Assembly: GCA_963734535.1 (NCBI GenBank)
Contig: CAVTHS010000014.1
Location: 32,001 to 96,000 of the forward strand
Length of the DNA stretch: 64,000 bases
DNA from: an uncultured Chloroflexia bacterium
Lineage (GTDB): Bacteria > Chloroflexota > Limnocylindria > Limnocylindrales > CSP1-4
Direction of reading: 5' to 3'
The translations under genes were made by a program, and so were the position numbers. Of this stretch, positions 43,305-53,054 are shown in pieces. Within the stretch, counting starts at the first letter, position 1; each line of letters starts with the position of its first letter. The notes under the pieces are model-generated. The model was not told the origin of the DNA. It worked only from the letters and a program-made list of their open reading frames with translations, and did not search any database.

Positions 43305-44855
43305 GTGGACATCTCCTCCTTCCCCATCCTGAGCCTGATCATCTTCCTGCCGCTCGTCGGCGCCCTCGTGATCGCGCTCATCCCGCGGCGCAACCTCGGC
43401 GCGATCCGCGGGACCGCCCTGCTCTTTGCCCTGGCGACCTGGGTGGCGAGCCTCTGGCTGGTCCTGGGGTTCCTGCCCGGACGGAACGTCGTCGCATCCG
43501 CGGCGGGGTCGTTCCAGTTCGTGCAGACGATCGACTGGATCCCGCTCTTCGGGATCCAGTACAAGGTGGGCGCCGACGGCCTGTCGGTTGCGCTCGTGGT
43601 GCTGACCACGACCCTGTCCTGGATCTCCATCCTGGCCAGCTTCTCGCCGATCAGGGAGCGGGTGAAGGAGTACATGATCTCCTTCCTGATCCTCGAGGTC
43701 GGAATGCTGGGCGTCTTCCTTGCCCTGGACCTCTTCCTCTTCTACATCTTCTGGGAAGTCGTGCTGGTCCCGATGTACCTGATCATCGGGATCTGGGGCG
43801 GCGCGAACCGGATCTACGCCACCATCAAGTTCGTCCTGTATACGCTCGTCGGGTCGCTCCTGATGCTCGTGGCGATCCTCGCGACCGCGTTCACGTTCCA
43901 GGCCGCTACCGGCTCGTGGGTGGGTGCGTTCGACCTGGAGAAGCTGGCCGGAGCGGGCTTCGACGGCACGTTCCAGCTCTTCGCGTTCGCCGCGTTCGCG
44001 CTGGCCTTCGCGATCAAGGTGCCGATGTTCCCCTTCCACACCTGGCTCCCCGACGCGCACGTGGAGGCGCCGACCGCGGGCTCGGTGATCCTGGCGGGCG
44101 TCCTGCTCAAGCTGGGCGCCTATGGCTTCATCCGGTTCGCCATCCCGCTCTTCCCACACGGCGCGCACGTCTTCGCTCCGCTGCTGATCGTGCTGTCCGT
44201 GATCGCGATCATCTACGGGGCGATCGTCGCCCTCGTCCAACCGGACCTCAAGAAGCTGATCGCCTACAGCTCGGTCAGCCACATGGGCTTCGTGACGCTG
44301 GGGATCTTCATCTTCCAGCAGCAGGGGCTCCAGGGCGCGATCCTCCAGATGGTCAACCACGGCCTGATCACGGGTGCGCTCTTCCTCCTGGTGGGCGTGA
44401 TCTATGAACGGACGCACGACCGGACGCTGGCGAAGATGGGCGGCCTCGGCGCGGTCACGCCTGTCTACTCCGCCGCCTTCGGGTTCTTCGTCTTCGCGTC
44501 GGTCGGGCTGCCGGGACTCGCCGGCTTCGTCGGAGAGTTCCTGGTCTTCCAGGGCGCCTTCGCCTTCAACCCATGGGTGGGGGTCACGATCACGTTCGTG
44601 ATGATCCTCGCGGCCGGGTACCTGCTCTGGATGATCCAGCGCATGTGCTTCGGGCCGGTCTCGGAGTTCCTCGCGGGGCTGGGGCACCACCTGACCGACA
44701 TGCGGCCCGTGGAGATCCTGACCCTCGCGCCGCTCGGCGCCCTGACCGTGGTCCTGGGCCTGTACCCGGCCCTCGTCCTCGACCTCATCGCGGGCCCGGT
44801 CAAGGCGATCCTGGCCGCCGTCGACCCGGCCGTCGCGCTGTCCATCGGCCGCTGA
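43305..44855 (+). CDS. nuoM: Complex I subunit M
   Basis: FYIFWE, IKVPMFPFHTWLPDAHVEAPT, LKLGAYG, AYSSVSHMG, FVGEF. Confidence 0.95.
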   Translation: MDISSFPILSLIIFLPLVGALVIALIPRRNLGAIRGTALLFALATWVASLWLVLGFLPGRNVVASAAGSFQFVQTIDWIPLFGIQYKVGADGLSVALVVLTTTLSWISILASFSPIRERVKEYMISFLILEVGMLGVFLALDLFLFYIFWEVVLVPMYLIIGIWGGANRIYATIKFVLYTLVGSLLMLVAILATAFTFQAATGSWVGAFDLEKLAGAGFDGTFQLFAFAAFALAFAIKVPMFPFHTWLPDAHVEAPTAGSVILAGVLLKLGAYGFIRFAIPLFPHGAHVFAPLLIVLSVIAIIYGAIVALVQPDLKKLIAYSSVSHMGFVTLGIFIFQQQGLQGAILQMVNHGLITGALFLLVGVIYERTHDRTLAKMGGLGAVTPVYSAAFGFFVFASVGLPGLAGFVGEFLVFQGAFAFNPWVGVTITFVMILAAGYLLWMIQRMCFGPVSEFLAGLGHHLTDMRPVEILTLAPLGALTVVLGLYPALVLDLIAGPVKAILAAVDPAVALSIGR

Positions 44856-44872
44856 CGGGAGCTGCCCTTCCC

Positions 44873-46348
44873 ATGACCTGGTCGGACCTCACCGTCATCG
44901 CCCCCTTCGCGGCGGCCGTGGTCGTGGCGGCGCTCGTGATCCTCGCCGACATCGCAAGGCCCGGGAACCGGCACCTCGCGCTGGGCGTCGCCCTCGCCGG
45001 CCTCGTCGCGGTCGGTGGCCTGACCCTTTGGGCGGGCCAGGCGCCAGGCACGGCGTTCGGCGGGATGTACAAGGTTGACAACCTGACGACGTTCCTCGAC
45101 GTGGTGTTCGTGGCGATCGTGGCGATCTCGTGCCTGTTCGCGCCCGACTACCTGGAACCGCGCGGGCTGCCGATCGCGGAGTTCTCCGCGATCATCGTCT
45201 TCGCGCTCGCCGGCGCGATGCTGGTTGCCGCGTCGGCGGACCTCCTGGTCCTCTTCCTGGGCCTGGAGCTGATGGTCATCCCGGGCTACCTGCTCGCGGG
45301 CTATCACAAGCGTGACGCCCTCTCGACCGAGGGCGCCGTCAAGTACTTCCTGCTGGGCTCGTTCTCCAGCGCCATCTTTCTGTTCGGCCTCGCCTATGTC
45401 TGGGGCCTGACCGGGTCAACCCGGATCGCGGACGTGGCCGCCCGCGTCGGCGAGGTCGTCGCCGGCCAGGCGGCGCTCTCGCCGGGCCTCGCGATGGGTC
45501 TTGCCTTCCTGACCACCGGCGTCGCGTTCAAGATGGCCGCCGTCCCGTTCCACTACTGGACGCCCGACGCATACCAGGGCTCGCCGACGCCCGTCACGGG
45601 CTACCTGTCGGTGGGACCGAAGGTTGGGGCGTTCGCCGTGGTCCTGCGCGTCTTCGCGGAGGCGCTCCTCCCGCTGCGCCAGGAATGGCTGATCGTGATC
45701 TTCGTCCTGGCGGCGCTCACGATGACGCTCGGCAACCTGGTCGCCCTGACCCAGGACAACGTCAAGCGAATGCTCGCCTACTCGTCGATCGCCCACACCG
45801 GCTACATGCTGGTAGGTCTCGCTGCGTACGCGGCGGGCGTGATCCAGGGCCTCGAGGGGCTCCTGTTCTACGGCGCGGCGTACGCGTTCATGAACCTCGG
45901 AGCGTTCGCGGTCATCGCCGCGCTGCAGAAGCGCCCGGGCGTCAGCAGCCGGCTGGAGACCTTCGCAGGCCTCGGGCGGCGCGAGCCGGCCCTCGGGATC
46001 CTGATGGTGCTGTTCCTGCTGTCGCTGACCGGGATCCCGCCGACCGCCGGCTTCTTCGCAAAGGCCTACGTGATCCTGGCGGCCGTGCAGGCCGGCGGAT
46101 GGCTCACCGTCCTCGCCGTGATCGCCGTTCTCAACGCGGCGGCGGCCGCGTTCTACTACCTGCGCGTGATCGTGTACATGTACATGCGCGACCCGGCGGG
46201 CGAGCCGACGCCGGTCGGCCACGGCGCGCTGCTGCGCCTGGGCCTGGCCATCACGGCGGTCATGACCGTGATCCTGGGCCTGTTCCCCGGGCTCTTCCTC
46301 GCGAGCGTCTCGTCCGCCGCGCAGGCGATCGGAGTCGCCATCCGCTGA
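44873..46348 (+). CDS. nuoN: Complex I subunit N
   Basis: EGAVKYFLLG, FKMAAVPFHYWTPDAYQGSPTP, KRMLAYSSIAHTGY, GIPPTAGFFAK, YYLR. Confidence 0.95.
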   Translation: MTWSDLTVIAPFAAAVVVAALVILADIARPGNRHLALGVALAGLVAVGGLTLWAGQAPGTAFGGMYKVDNLTTFLDVVFVAIVAISCLFAPDYLEPRGLPIAEFSAIIVFALAGAMLVAASADLLVLFLGLELMVIPGYLLAGYHKRDALSTEGAVKYFLLGSFSSAIFLFGLAYVWGLTGSTRIADVAARVGEVVAGQAALSPGLAMGLAFLTTGVAFKMAAVPFHYWTPDAYQGSPTPVTGYLSVGPKVGAFAVVLRVFAEALLPLRQEWLIVIFVLAALTMTLGNLVALTQDNVKRMLAYSSIAHTGYMLVGLAAYAAGVIQGLEGLLFYGAAYAFMNLGAFAVIAALQKRPGVSSRLETFAGLGRREPALGILMVLFLLSLTGIPPTAGFFAKAYVILAAVQAGGWLTVLAVIAVLNAAAAAFYYLRVIVYMYMRDPAGEPTPVGHGALLRLGLAITAVMTVILGLFPGLFLASVSSAAQAIGVAIR

Positions 46349-46390
46349 CGGGGCACGAGCGGAGCGCCGCGTTCGCGCGCGGCACCGTCG

Positions 46391-47426
46391 TCAGAGGCCC
46401 GCGTGATCCTCGGCCTCGAGCGCCCGTGCCAGCGCGCGCAGCACGATCGCCGACGCGGCCGGCTCGGGCAGGATGACGTCCGCCGCGGCAACCAGCTCCG
46501 CGGGCGTCTCGCGTGCGCCGCGAACCCCCACCAGGAGGCTCGCGGCCAGGCGACCGGCGCGTGCGCTCCCCGGCCACGTGTCTGAAGGCCTCGGCATCGC
46601 TGCGGTCGTCGCCGATGACGAGCGCGGCCGTCGACCCGTGGCGCTCCAGGAGCCGCGCTACTGCCTCGCCCTTCGCCCCGGCGTCCTCCGGACGCAGCTC
46701 CACGATGCGGCGCCCCTCGAAATGCCGGAAGCGAGGGCCACGGAGCGCCGGAGGAAGCGCAGCTCCGGCCGTGGCGATGGCGGCCAGGATCCGGGTCCTG
46801 GCGGCGACGAGATCATCGGCGGCCCGGAAGTGGAACGCGACGGACGGGCCCTTCGGCTCCACGAAGAGCCACGCAGCGTCGCCGAGGATGCGCTCCACGT
46901 CGTCGCCCAGGCGTCGGGCGACCGCGTGATGGCCAGCGAGGCGCGGGTCGTGGACCACCGGCAGCCGCTCCGCGGCGATGCCGACCGGGAGGACGCCGCC
47001 CTGGCTCCCGTGATCGCCGAGGTATGTCAGCCCGCCCACGCGCACGCGGCCGGCAAGGTCCAGGGCGGCGCGCCCCGAGAGGATCGCGAGCGCCAGCCGC
47101 TCCGGTCTCCGGCGGGCGATCCGGGCGAGCCGCCGGAGCGCGCGCCGGGCAGCGGGCAGGATCGCCGGGGCGGTCGGATCCGGCGAGATCGGAGCCAGCG
47201 TCCCGTCGAAGTCGCACACGACGAGCAGCCCGCCGGGCGCGCCGACCAGGGCGCCGATGGCGGCAACCGCCCGCCCGACGGCGCCGGCATCGGGATCGCC
47301 TGGACGGGGATCAGGATCGCCCGCACCGGCAGCGCCGGCATCGGCTGCCGCCCGTCCGGTAGCGTCGTGGTCCGGACCGTCCGCGTCACGGCCGATGCCG
47401 CGTCCGCGGGCGATCCCCGAGCTCAC
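46391..47426 (-). CDS. otsB: Trehalose-6-phosphate phosphatase (frameshift near 46565)
   Basis: VVCDFDGTLAPI, ILSGR, GDHG, VEPKG.SVAFHFR, GRRIVELRP..KG, IGDDRSD.AF. Confidence 0.85.
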
Positions 47427-48124
47427 GGGGTCACCGTCACCCCGGGCAGGATCGCCTGGAGCCCGCGCGCCATCAGGTCGGCGCCGATCCCGCCGAGTGC
47501 GGCGTCGCGCACGATCCCCTGGGCGTCGATGAAGTAGTGGACCGGGAGCGCCGCCGCATCCCATGTCCGGGCGCGGGAGCCGTCCGCGTCCAGGCCGACC
47601 GGGAAGACGACGTTGAGCGACGAGACGAACGGGGCCACCGTCTCCTCGCCCTCGCGCACGTGGATCGCGACCACCACGAGGCCCGCGTCGGCGTAGCGCG
47701 CGGCGAGCCCGTTCATGATCGGGTATTCGTCGCGGCAGGGCGGGCAGTAGGTGCCCGTGAAGACCAACCACACCGGCTTCCCACGGAGCGCGGCGAGGTC
47801 GATCGTGCCGCCACCCACCTGGGGGGCGCTGAGGGGCGGGGCGGGGCGGTCGACCAGCGGGAACGGTGAGGTCGTATGGCTCGCCACGGGCGTGGCCCCA
47901 GCCCCGCCTGCGGGGGCCGTCGGGCTTCCCGACGCGTCGGTCGGGGAACTGCTCGGGCCCGATCCAGGTGGCGCGTCCGGCGATGCCGACGGCGGCGCGG
48001 CGGAGGGGGACGGGGAGACGCGGGCGACGGGCACCGGCGTCAGCGCGACGAGCGCCGCGCCGAGACCGACGGCGGCACCGACCCCGATGAGGAGCCCGAT
48101 GACGACGGCGATGAAGGTGCGCAT
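47423..48124 (-). CDS. TlpA/ResA-like membrane-anchored thiol:disulfide oxidoreductase
   Basis: N-terminal TM, Pro/Ser linker, LRGKPV..F..TYCPPC..E.P, LP..YFID..G. Confidence 0.85.
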   Translation of the reverse strand: MRTFIAVVIGLLIGVGAAVGLGAALVALTPVPVARVSPSPSAAPPSASPDAPPGSGPSSSPTDASGSPTAPAGGAGATPVASHTTSPFPLVDRPAPPLSAPQVGGGTIDLAALRGKPVWLVFTGTYCPPCRDEYPIMNGLAARYADAGLVVVAIHVREGEETVAPFVSSLNVVFPVGLDADGSRARTWDAAALPVHYFIDAQGIVRDAALGGIGADLMARGLQAILPGVTVTP

Positions 48125-48194
48125 CGCCTAGGAGGGTACCCTGTCGACCCGGTCGCCGCCCGCCTGGGACGGAACGGCAAGGCCCGCTGGTACG

Positions 48195-48911
48195 ATGACC
48201 GTTCGAATGCATCCGATCCTGCACTGGGCGCGCGGCCGCCTGCTCCCGGCCGCTCTCACCGCGGCCGGTGTCACCCTCGTCGGGGCGGGCCTGCTGACGT
48301 ACGGGACGCAGCCGCAGCCGGCCGCGCCGAGCCCGTCACCGCCGGCCTCGTCCGCCCCCCGCGCCTCCCCGACACTCCTCCCGTTCCCATCGCCGGAGCC
48401 GTCAGCCGCGATCTCGGCGAGCCCGGCGGTGGCACGGGTCGCCACGCGCGTGGTGGTGCCCGCCCTGCGGATCGACCTGCCGGTGGTGCGCCCGCCGAAC
48501 GATCCGAACCACTTCCCCTACTGCAACGTCGCCGAGTACGTTCCGACGCTGAGCCAGCCGGGCCAGGCGGGGACCACGTACCTGTATGCCCACGCCCGCG
48601 ACGGCATGTTCCTGCCGCTGCTCCTCCAGTCGCGGGTCGACAACGGGAACGCGATGCTCGGCATGCTCGTGCAGGTGTACACCAGCGACGACCGGGTCTT
48701 CCTGTACGAGATCACCCGCGTGCTTCGGCACCAGTCGGAGCTCTACACGCGGCCCGCCGAGCAGGTCGTCCTCCAGACGTCGGAGGGTCCCCGGAAGGGC
48801 GTCGCCGGCTACACCGGCCTGGTGATGATGGTCGTCGCCGACCCCGTCAGCTCCGGCCCGGCCGACCACGCCAGCGCCAACCCGACGGCGCGGCCCATCA
48901 CCTGCCAGTAG
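48195..48911 (+). CDS. Sortase-fold protein with LQTS instead of LxTC
   Basis: N-terminal TM and Pro linker; RVVVPALRIDLPV, PGQAGTTYLYAH, YEIT, VVLQTS. Confidence 0.65.
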   Translation: MTVRMHPILHWARGRLLPAALTAAGVTLVGAGLLTYGTQPQPAAPSPSPPASSAPRASPTLLPFPSPEPSAAISASPAVARVATRVVVPALRIDLPVVRPPNDPNHFPYCNVAEYVPTLSQPGQAGTTYLYAHARDGMFLPLLLQSRVDNGNAMLGMLVQVYTSDDRVFLYEITRVLRHQSELYTRPAEQVVLQTSEGPRKGVAGYTGLVMMVVADPVSSGPADHASANPTARPITCQ

Positions 48912-48941
48912 CGGGACGCGCCGCGTGGCGCGCCGGGACTC

Positions 48942-50033
48942 TCAGATCCAGTCGATCCGGCGCAGGATGGCGAAGATCGTGAGCGAGAGGACGATGATCG
49001 CCCCCGTCACGAACCAGAAGCCGACCGCCTCGGTGCGCGCGAATGCCGCCCCCGCCTCGCTCATCCCGAAGATCCCGGCAAACGCCCCGAGCCCCGCGAA
49101 GACCACCGTGATCCCGGTCAGCCGCTTCATGATCAGCGACAGGTTGTTGTTGACCGTCGAGAGGTAGACGTCGAGGGCGCCCGAGACCAGCTCCCGGTAG
49201 GAGTCGTACTCCTCGGCCAGGTGGACCGCGTGGTCGTAGACGTCCCGGAAGTAGATGACGTTATCGGGTCCGATGAGCGGCAGGGTCCGGTTCGTGAGCT
49301 GGTTGAAGAGCTCGCGCTGGGGAGCCATGACGTGGCGGATCTCGACGAGCGAGCGCTTCAGCCCGAAGAGCCGTTCCAGGGTCTCGCGCCCGGGCTCGCC
49401 GACGATCCGATCCTCGAGGTCGTCGATCTCGTCCTCCAGCCGGTCGAAGACCGGAAAGTACCCGTCGACAAGGACGTCCAGGAGGGCCCACAGCAGGAAG
49501 TCCGGACCCCGCTCCAGGAGCGGCCCGGCGCCCTCGCGAAGGTGCGGCGCGATCCACGGGTTCCAGGCCTCCGTGTGGACGGTCAGCAGGAAGGTGCGCC
49601 CCAGGACGAAGTCGATCTCATCGGTGCGGACGTCGGTGTCGTAGGCGATGGCGAAGGCGACCAGGTGGACGTGGTCACCGGTCAGCTCCAGCTTCGGCCG
49701 CTGGTTGCGCTCCTCGATGTCCTCGGCGACCAGGGGATGGAGCCCCAGCTCGGCGGCGACCGCGGCCGTGAGCTCCGGCGAGGGGTCGGTCAGGTCCACC
49801 CAGTGGCGTGAGGGCGATTCGCCCACGGCGTGCTCGAGCGCCTCGCTGCCCGTGAGCGTGCGCGAACCGTCTGCACCCCAATGCTCGACGCGGAGCGCGG
49901 TGGCCGCCTCCGTGACCAGGCCGTCAGACCAAGCCGGTGGGCCGCCGCGGCCGCTCGTCGGGGGCGTCCCCGCCGGGCCGCCCGGGGGCGTCCCCGACGG
50001 GCCGCCCTGCCCGGTCGGCTGCATCGCCGCCAT
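48942..50033 (-). CDS. corA: CorA family Mg2+/Co2+ transporter (start uncertain)
   Basis: WVDL..P, LHPLVAED, QRPK, YFRDVYDH, MKRLT, GIFGMS (variant of GMN). Confidence 0.85.
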   Translation of the reverse strand: MAAMQPTGQGGPSGTPPGGPAGTPPTSGRGGPPAWSDGLVTEAATALRVEHWGADGSRTLTGSEALEHAVGESPSRHWVDLTDPSPELTAAVAAELGLHPLVAEDIEERNQRPKLELTGDHVHLVAFAIAYDTDVRTDEIDFVLGRTFLLTVHTEAWNPWIAPHLREGAGPLLERGPDFLLWALLDVLVDGYFPVFDRLEDEIDDLEDRIVGEPGRETLERLFGLKRSLVEIRHVMAPQRELFNQLTNRTLPLIGPDNVIYFRDVYDHAVHLAEEYDSYRELVSGALDVYLSTVNNNLSLIMKRLTGITVVFAGLGAFAGIFGMSEAGAAFARTEAVGFWFVTGAIIVLSLTIFAILRRIDWI

Positions 50034-51657
50034 CCCCGTCTCCTCCCGCTCCGGCGAACGCGCGCGCGTCCGTCCCGGCCGAGAGCATACGCGGCCGTTC
50101 GCCCAGCGCGAGCGCCGCCGGGACGGCGATCGCTGTGACTCCCGCCGCGACGAGGAAGAGCACCACCATCGTCTCGGCCGCCTTGCGGGCCGCCCACGCC
50201 TCCAGCGCGTCCACCACGAGCGGGTCGTGCAGCTGCCGCGTCGCGAGCGTCGGGGGGACGATCGATCGGTAGGCGTCGGGCGACGCGTAGACCTGTGCCG
50301 AGAGCCGGCTGATGGCCGTCGAGCCATACGCGGTCAGCACGGCAAGCCCCACCGCCATCCCGATCATCCGGGCCACCGTCACGGTCGCGCTCGCTGCCCC
50401 GAAGCGGTGGCGCCCGACGGCCTCCACGGCAGCGGTCGAGCGCGGCGTCACGGTGAGGCCGAAACCGAGGCCGAAGAGCCCGCCGCCGGCAGCGACCGTG
50501 GCCAGGTGGACATCAGCCGTCCACGTCCCCATCCACGCGAGGCCGCCGATGGACGCGGCCAGGCCGACCAGCGAGACGACGCGAAGGGAGACGTGGCGGA
50601 TCAGCCAGCCCGAGGCGAGCGCTCCGACTGCGGTCGCGCCCGCGAGGGCACCCAGGGCGACGCGCTGCTGGTCCGGCCCGCCGTACAGGACACGGTCCAC
50701 GAAGACGGCGGCGCCCACGATCGCGGTCGCGAATCCGTAGCCGGTCAGGAGCGACACGAGCGCGGCAGAGCTGAAGACGCGGTCCCCGAACAGCCGCGGG
50801 TCGAGGAACGGGTCGGGCCGGCGGAGGCCGTGGATGACCGCCGCCGTCCCCGACACGACGCCGAGCGCGATCAGGCCGACCGAGAGGAACGTGGGATCGA
50901 GCCCGAACGTGCTACCCGTGCCCCCGGATTCACCGAGGAGCGTGATCCCGAGCAGGATCGCGGCGGCGGCGAACGTGAAGAGCACTGCACCCGCCACGTC
51001 GAGCCTCGCCCGCGCTCGGGGCGTGTCCCATCCGGCCGTGGCCGCCCAGGCGAGGGCGAGGGCGGCAATCCCGATCGGCACGTTGACGTAGAAGACCCAG
51101 CGCCAGGCCGGGGCGACGAGGCCGGTGATCGGCCCGCCCAGGATCCCAAGGCGCTCCAGCGCCACGTCCGGCCGGAACGCCCCGAGGATTGCCGCCCCGA
51201 GGAACGGCCCGGCCGCCATGCCGAGGAAGGTGAGCGCGCCGATGATGCCCAGCGCACGCGGGCGCGCATGCCCCTCGTAGAGATGCGAGGCCGCGGCCGT
51301 CGCGACGGGCACGAGCGCGCCTCCCCCGAGCGCCTGGACGACGCGACCGACGATCAGGCCGTCCATGGTCCCGGCGCTCCCGGCGAGAAGCGAGCCCAGG
51401 GTGAAGAACACGAGGGCTCCGAGGAAGAGGCGTCGCACGCCCCACAGGTCGGCGAGCCGACCGGCCAGGGGCATGGTCCCCACGTACACGAGCAGGTAGG
51501 CGTTGATGATCCAGCTCGCGTGGCGGAGTTCCGTCCAGGCGCCAAGGTCCGCGACGATCGCGGGGAGCGCGACCGCCGTGATCATCAGCTCCAGGCCGGA
51601 AAGGAAGACGCCGGTCCCCAGCACCGTGAGCAGGACGAGCGCGGCCCGGCGGTCCAT
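49924..51657 (-). CDS. MFS transporter, DHA2 (EmrB/QacA-like)
   Basis: VALPAI, WIINAYLL, GRLADLWG.RR, GRVVQALGGG, WRWVFYVNVPIG; about 14 TM. Confidence 0.88.
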   Translation of the reverse strand: MDRRAALVLLTVLGTGVFLSGLELMITAVALPAIVADLGAWTELRHASWIINAYLLVYVGTMPLAGRLADLWGVRRLFLGALVFFTLGSLLAGSAGTMDGLIVGRVVQALGGGALVPVATAAASHLYEGHARPRALGIIGALTFLGMAAGPFLGAAILGAFRPDVALERLGILGGPITGLVAPAWRWVFYVNVPIGIAALALAWAATAGWDTPRARARLDVAGAVLFTFAAAAILLGITLLGESGGTGSTFGLDPTFLSVGLIALGVVSGTAAVIHGLRRPDPFLDPRLFGDRVFSSAALVSLLTGYGFATAIVGAAVFVDRVLYGGPDQQRVALGALAGATAVGALASGWLIRHVSLRVVSLVGLAASIGGLAWMGTWTADVHLATVAAGGGLFGLGFGLTVTPRSTAAVEAVGRHRFGAASATVTVARMIGMAVGLAVLTAYGSTAISRLSAQVYASPDAYRSIVPPTLATRQLHDPLVVDALEAWAARKAAETMVVLFLVAAGVTAIAVPAALALGERPRMLSAGTDARAFAGAGGDGDGGDAADRAGRPVGDAPGRPGGDAPDERPRRPTGLV

Positions 51658-51688
51658 GCTTGGAGTGTAGGGGAGGGAGCCAGCACCG

Positions 51689-52198
51689 ATGCCAGCAGGC
51701 CAGGAGATCGAGCGGAAGTACCTGCTCTCGGGCGCCCCGTCGGAGGTCGAGCTGGCCGAGCTCGGCGCGCGACCGCATCGGATCGAGCAGGTCTACCTCC
51801 GGTCCGAGGACGGCTGGGTGCGGCGAGTGCGGAAGGTCGAAGCGGGCGGCATGACCCGCTACGTGGCAACCCGGAAGCGCGAGGTCGCCGGGATCGTGCG
51901 CGAGGAGCACGAAGAGGACCTGGACGCGGCCGCCTTTGACCGCATCGTCGCCGATGCGGATCCTGCGCGTCGCACGATTCGCAAGGTGCGCCACGTCTTC
52001 CCGTTCGGCGGCCACGTGATGGAGCTGGACGTCTTCGAGGTGCCGCCCGGCCTGGTCCTCCTCGAGGTCGAGCTGGAGGATGCATCGGACGTGCCGGCGT
52101 TGCCGCCGATTCTCCTCGAGCGCCTGGTCCGCGAGGTGAGCCTGGAGACTGCCTACCTGAACCACGAGCTCGCGCGCCGCCCGGCGTCGGGCGGCTGA
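51689..52198 (+). CDS. CYTH domain protein
   Basis: EIERKYL, IEQVYL, RRVRK, REEHE, IRKVR, ELDVF, LLEVEL, REV...YLN. Confidence 0.85.
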   Translation: MPAGQEIERKYLLSGAPSEVELAELGARPHRIEQVYLRSEDGWVRRVRKVEAGGMTRYVATRKREVAGIVREEHEEDLDAAAFDRIVADADPARRTIRKVRHVFPFGGHVMELDVFEVPPGLVLLEVELEDASDVPALPPILLERLVREVSLETAYLNHELARRPASGG

Positions 52199-52488
52199 TC
52201 GGACGCGCCACGACGCCGCGAGCATCGGCCGAGCCGATCCGATTCGGAGCCCGCGAGCGTGGGGGTGCGGCAAATCTCGCGTGTGGCTGCGCTTCGGAGC
52301 GTGCACCGGCTGATCCCGATCAGCTGTGCCGATCACCCGGCGACGGTTCGCCTCGCGGTACCGTCTCTGCCCAGGTTGCCTGCTGCTCCGCCATCTCGAC
52401 TCCCGACGATGCCGTCCCCGGCGTATCCGTCCACAGGCGAATCCGAACCCGCTTGACGGCGGGCATCCCGGCGCGGCACGCTCCACGC

Positions 52489-52755
52489 GTGAAGGCGCGG
52501 AACCCGGAACCTGACGACGACACCGACCTCCCGCCCACGGAGGCTGCGCGCGATCGGCGGCGAGACCACGATCTCCGCGCGGTCGAACGCGAGGGAATGC
52601 GCACCGGGCTCGCCAAGCAGTTCAAGCAGGTGCTCGACACCCAGGTCAAGCGCGGCCGCGAGGCCGACGACGATTCGCGCCTCGCCGGGGAACGCTCGCG
52701 CGCCTCGAAGAGCCCGCGCCGCCCCCACGGAACGGCGGGGCGCCCGCTCGCCTGA
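52489..52755 (+). CDS. Small hypothetical protein
   Basis: Charged 88 aa ORF with GC3-rich codons; no recognisable motif. Confidence 0.4.
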   Translation: MKARNPEPDDDTDLPPTEAARDRRRDHDLRAVEREGMRTGLAKQFKQVLDTQVKRGREADDDSRLAGERSRASKSPRRPHGTAGRPLA

Positions 52756-53017
52756 CCGGACAGGCCCGGGCCGAGGGGGCCCGAAGGACGCCGCGCTCGC
52801 GACGGAGAGTCTCCCCACCGCCCGGAGATCGGCGCGGCGCAATGCATCGGGACGGCTCGATGCCGGCTCGGCTCGGGATGGCTGCCGGGATCTCGAACGC
52901 GCTCCTGCCCGGCGCGGGCGAGCTCGATCGGACGACGGCCGAGCGGATGGTCGGCCTGGTGACCGTGACGCGCGTCTGACTGGGGTCGATGCCGCGCCGC
53001 TCCGGCCCTGTCTCGCC

Positions 53018-53054
53018 TTGACATGCGACGCAAGATGATGCAAGAATCGTGCAA
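53018..53054 (+). promoter_or_regulatory. Promoter with GCAA direct repeats (putative DeoR operator)
   Basis: TTGACA 53018-53023; GCAA at 53030, 53040 and 53051 (10-11 bp period) directly before the deoR ATG. Confidence 0.6.
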
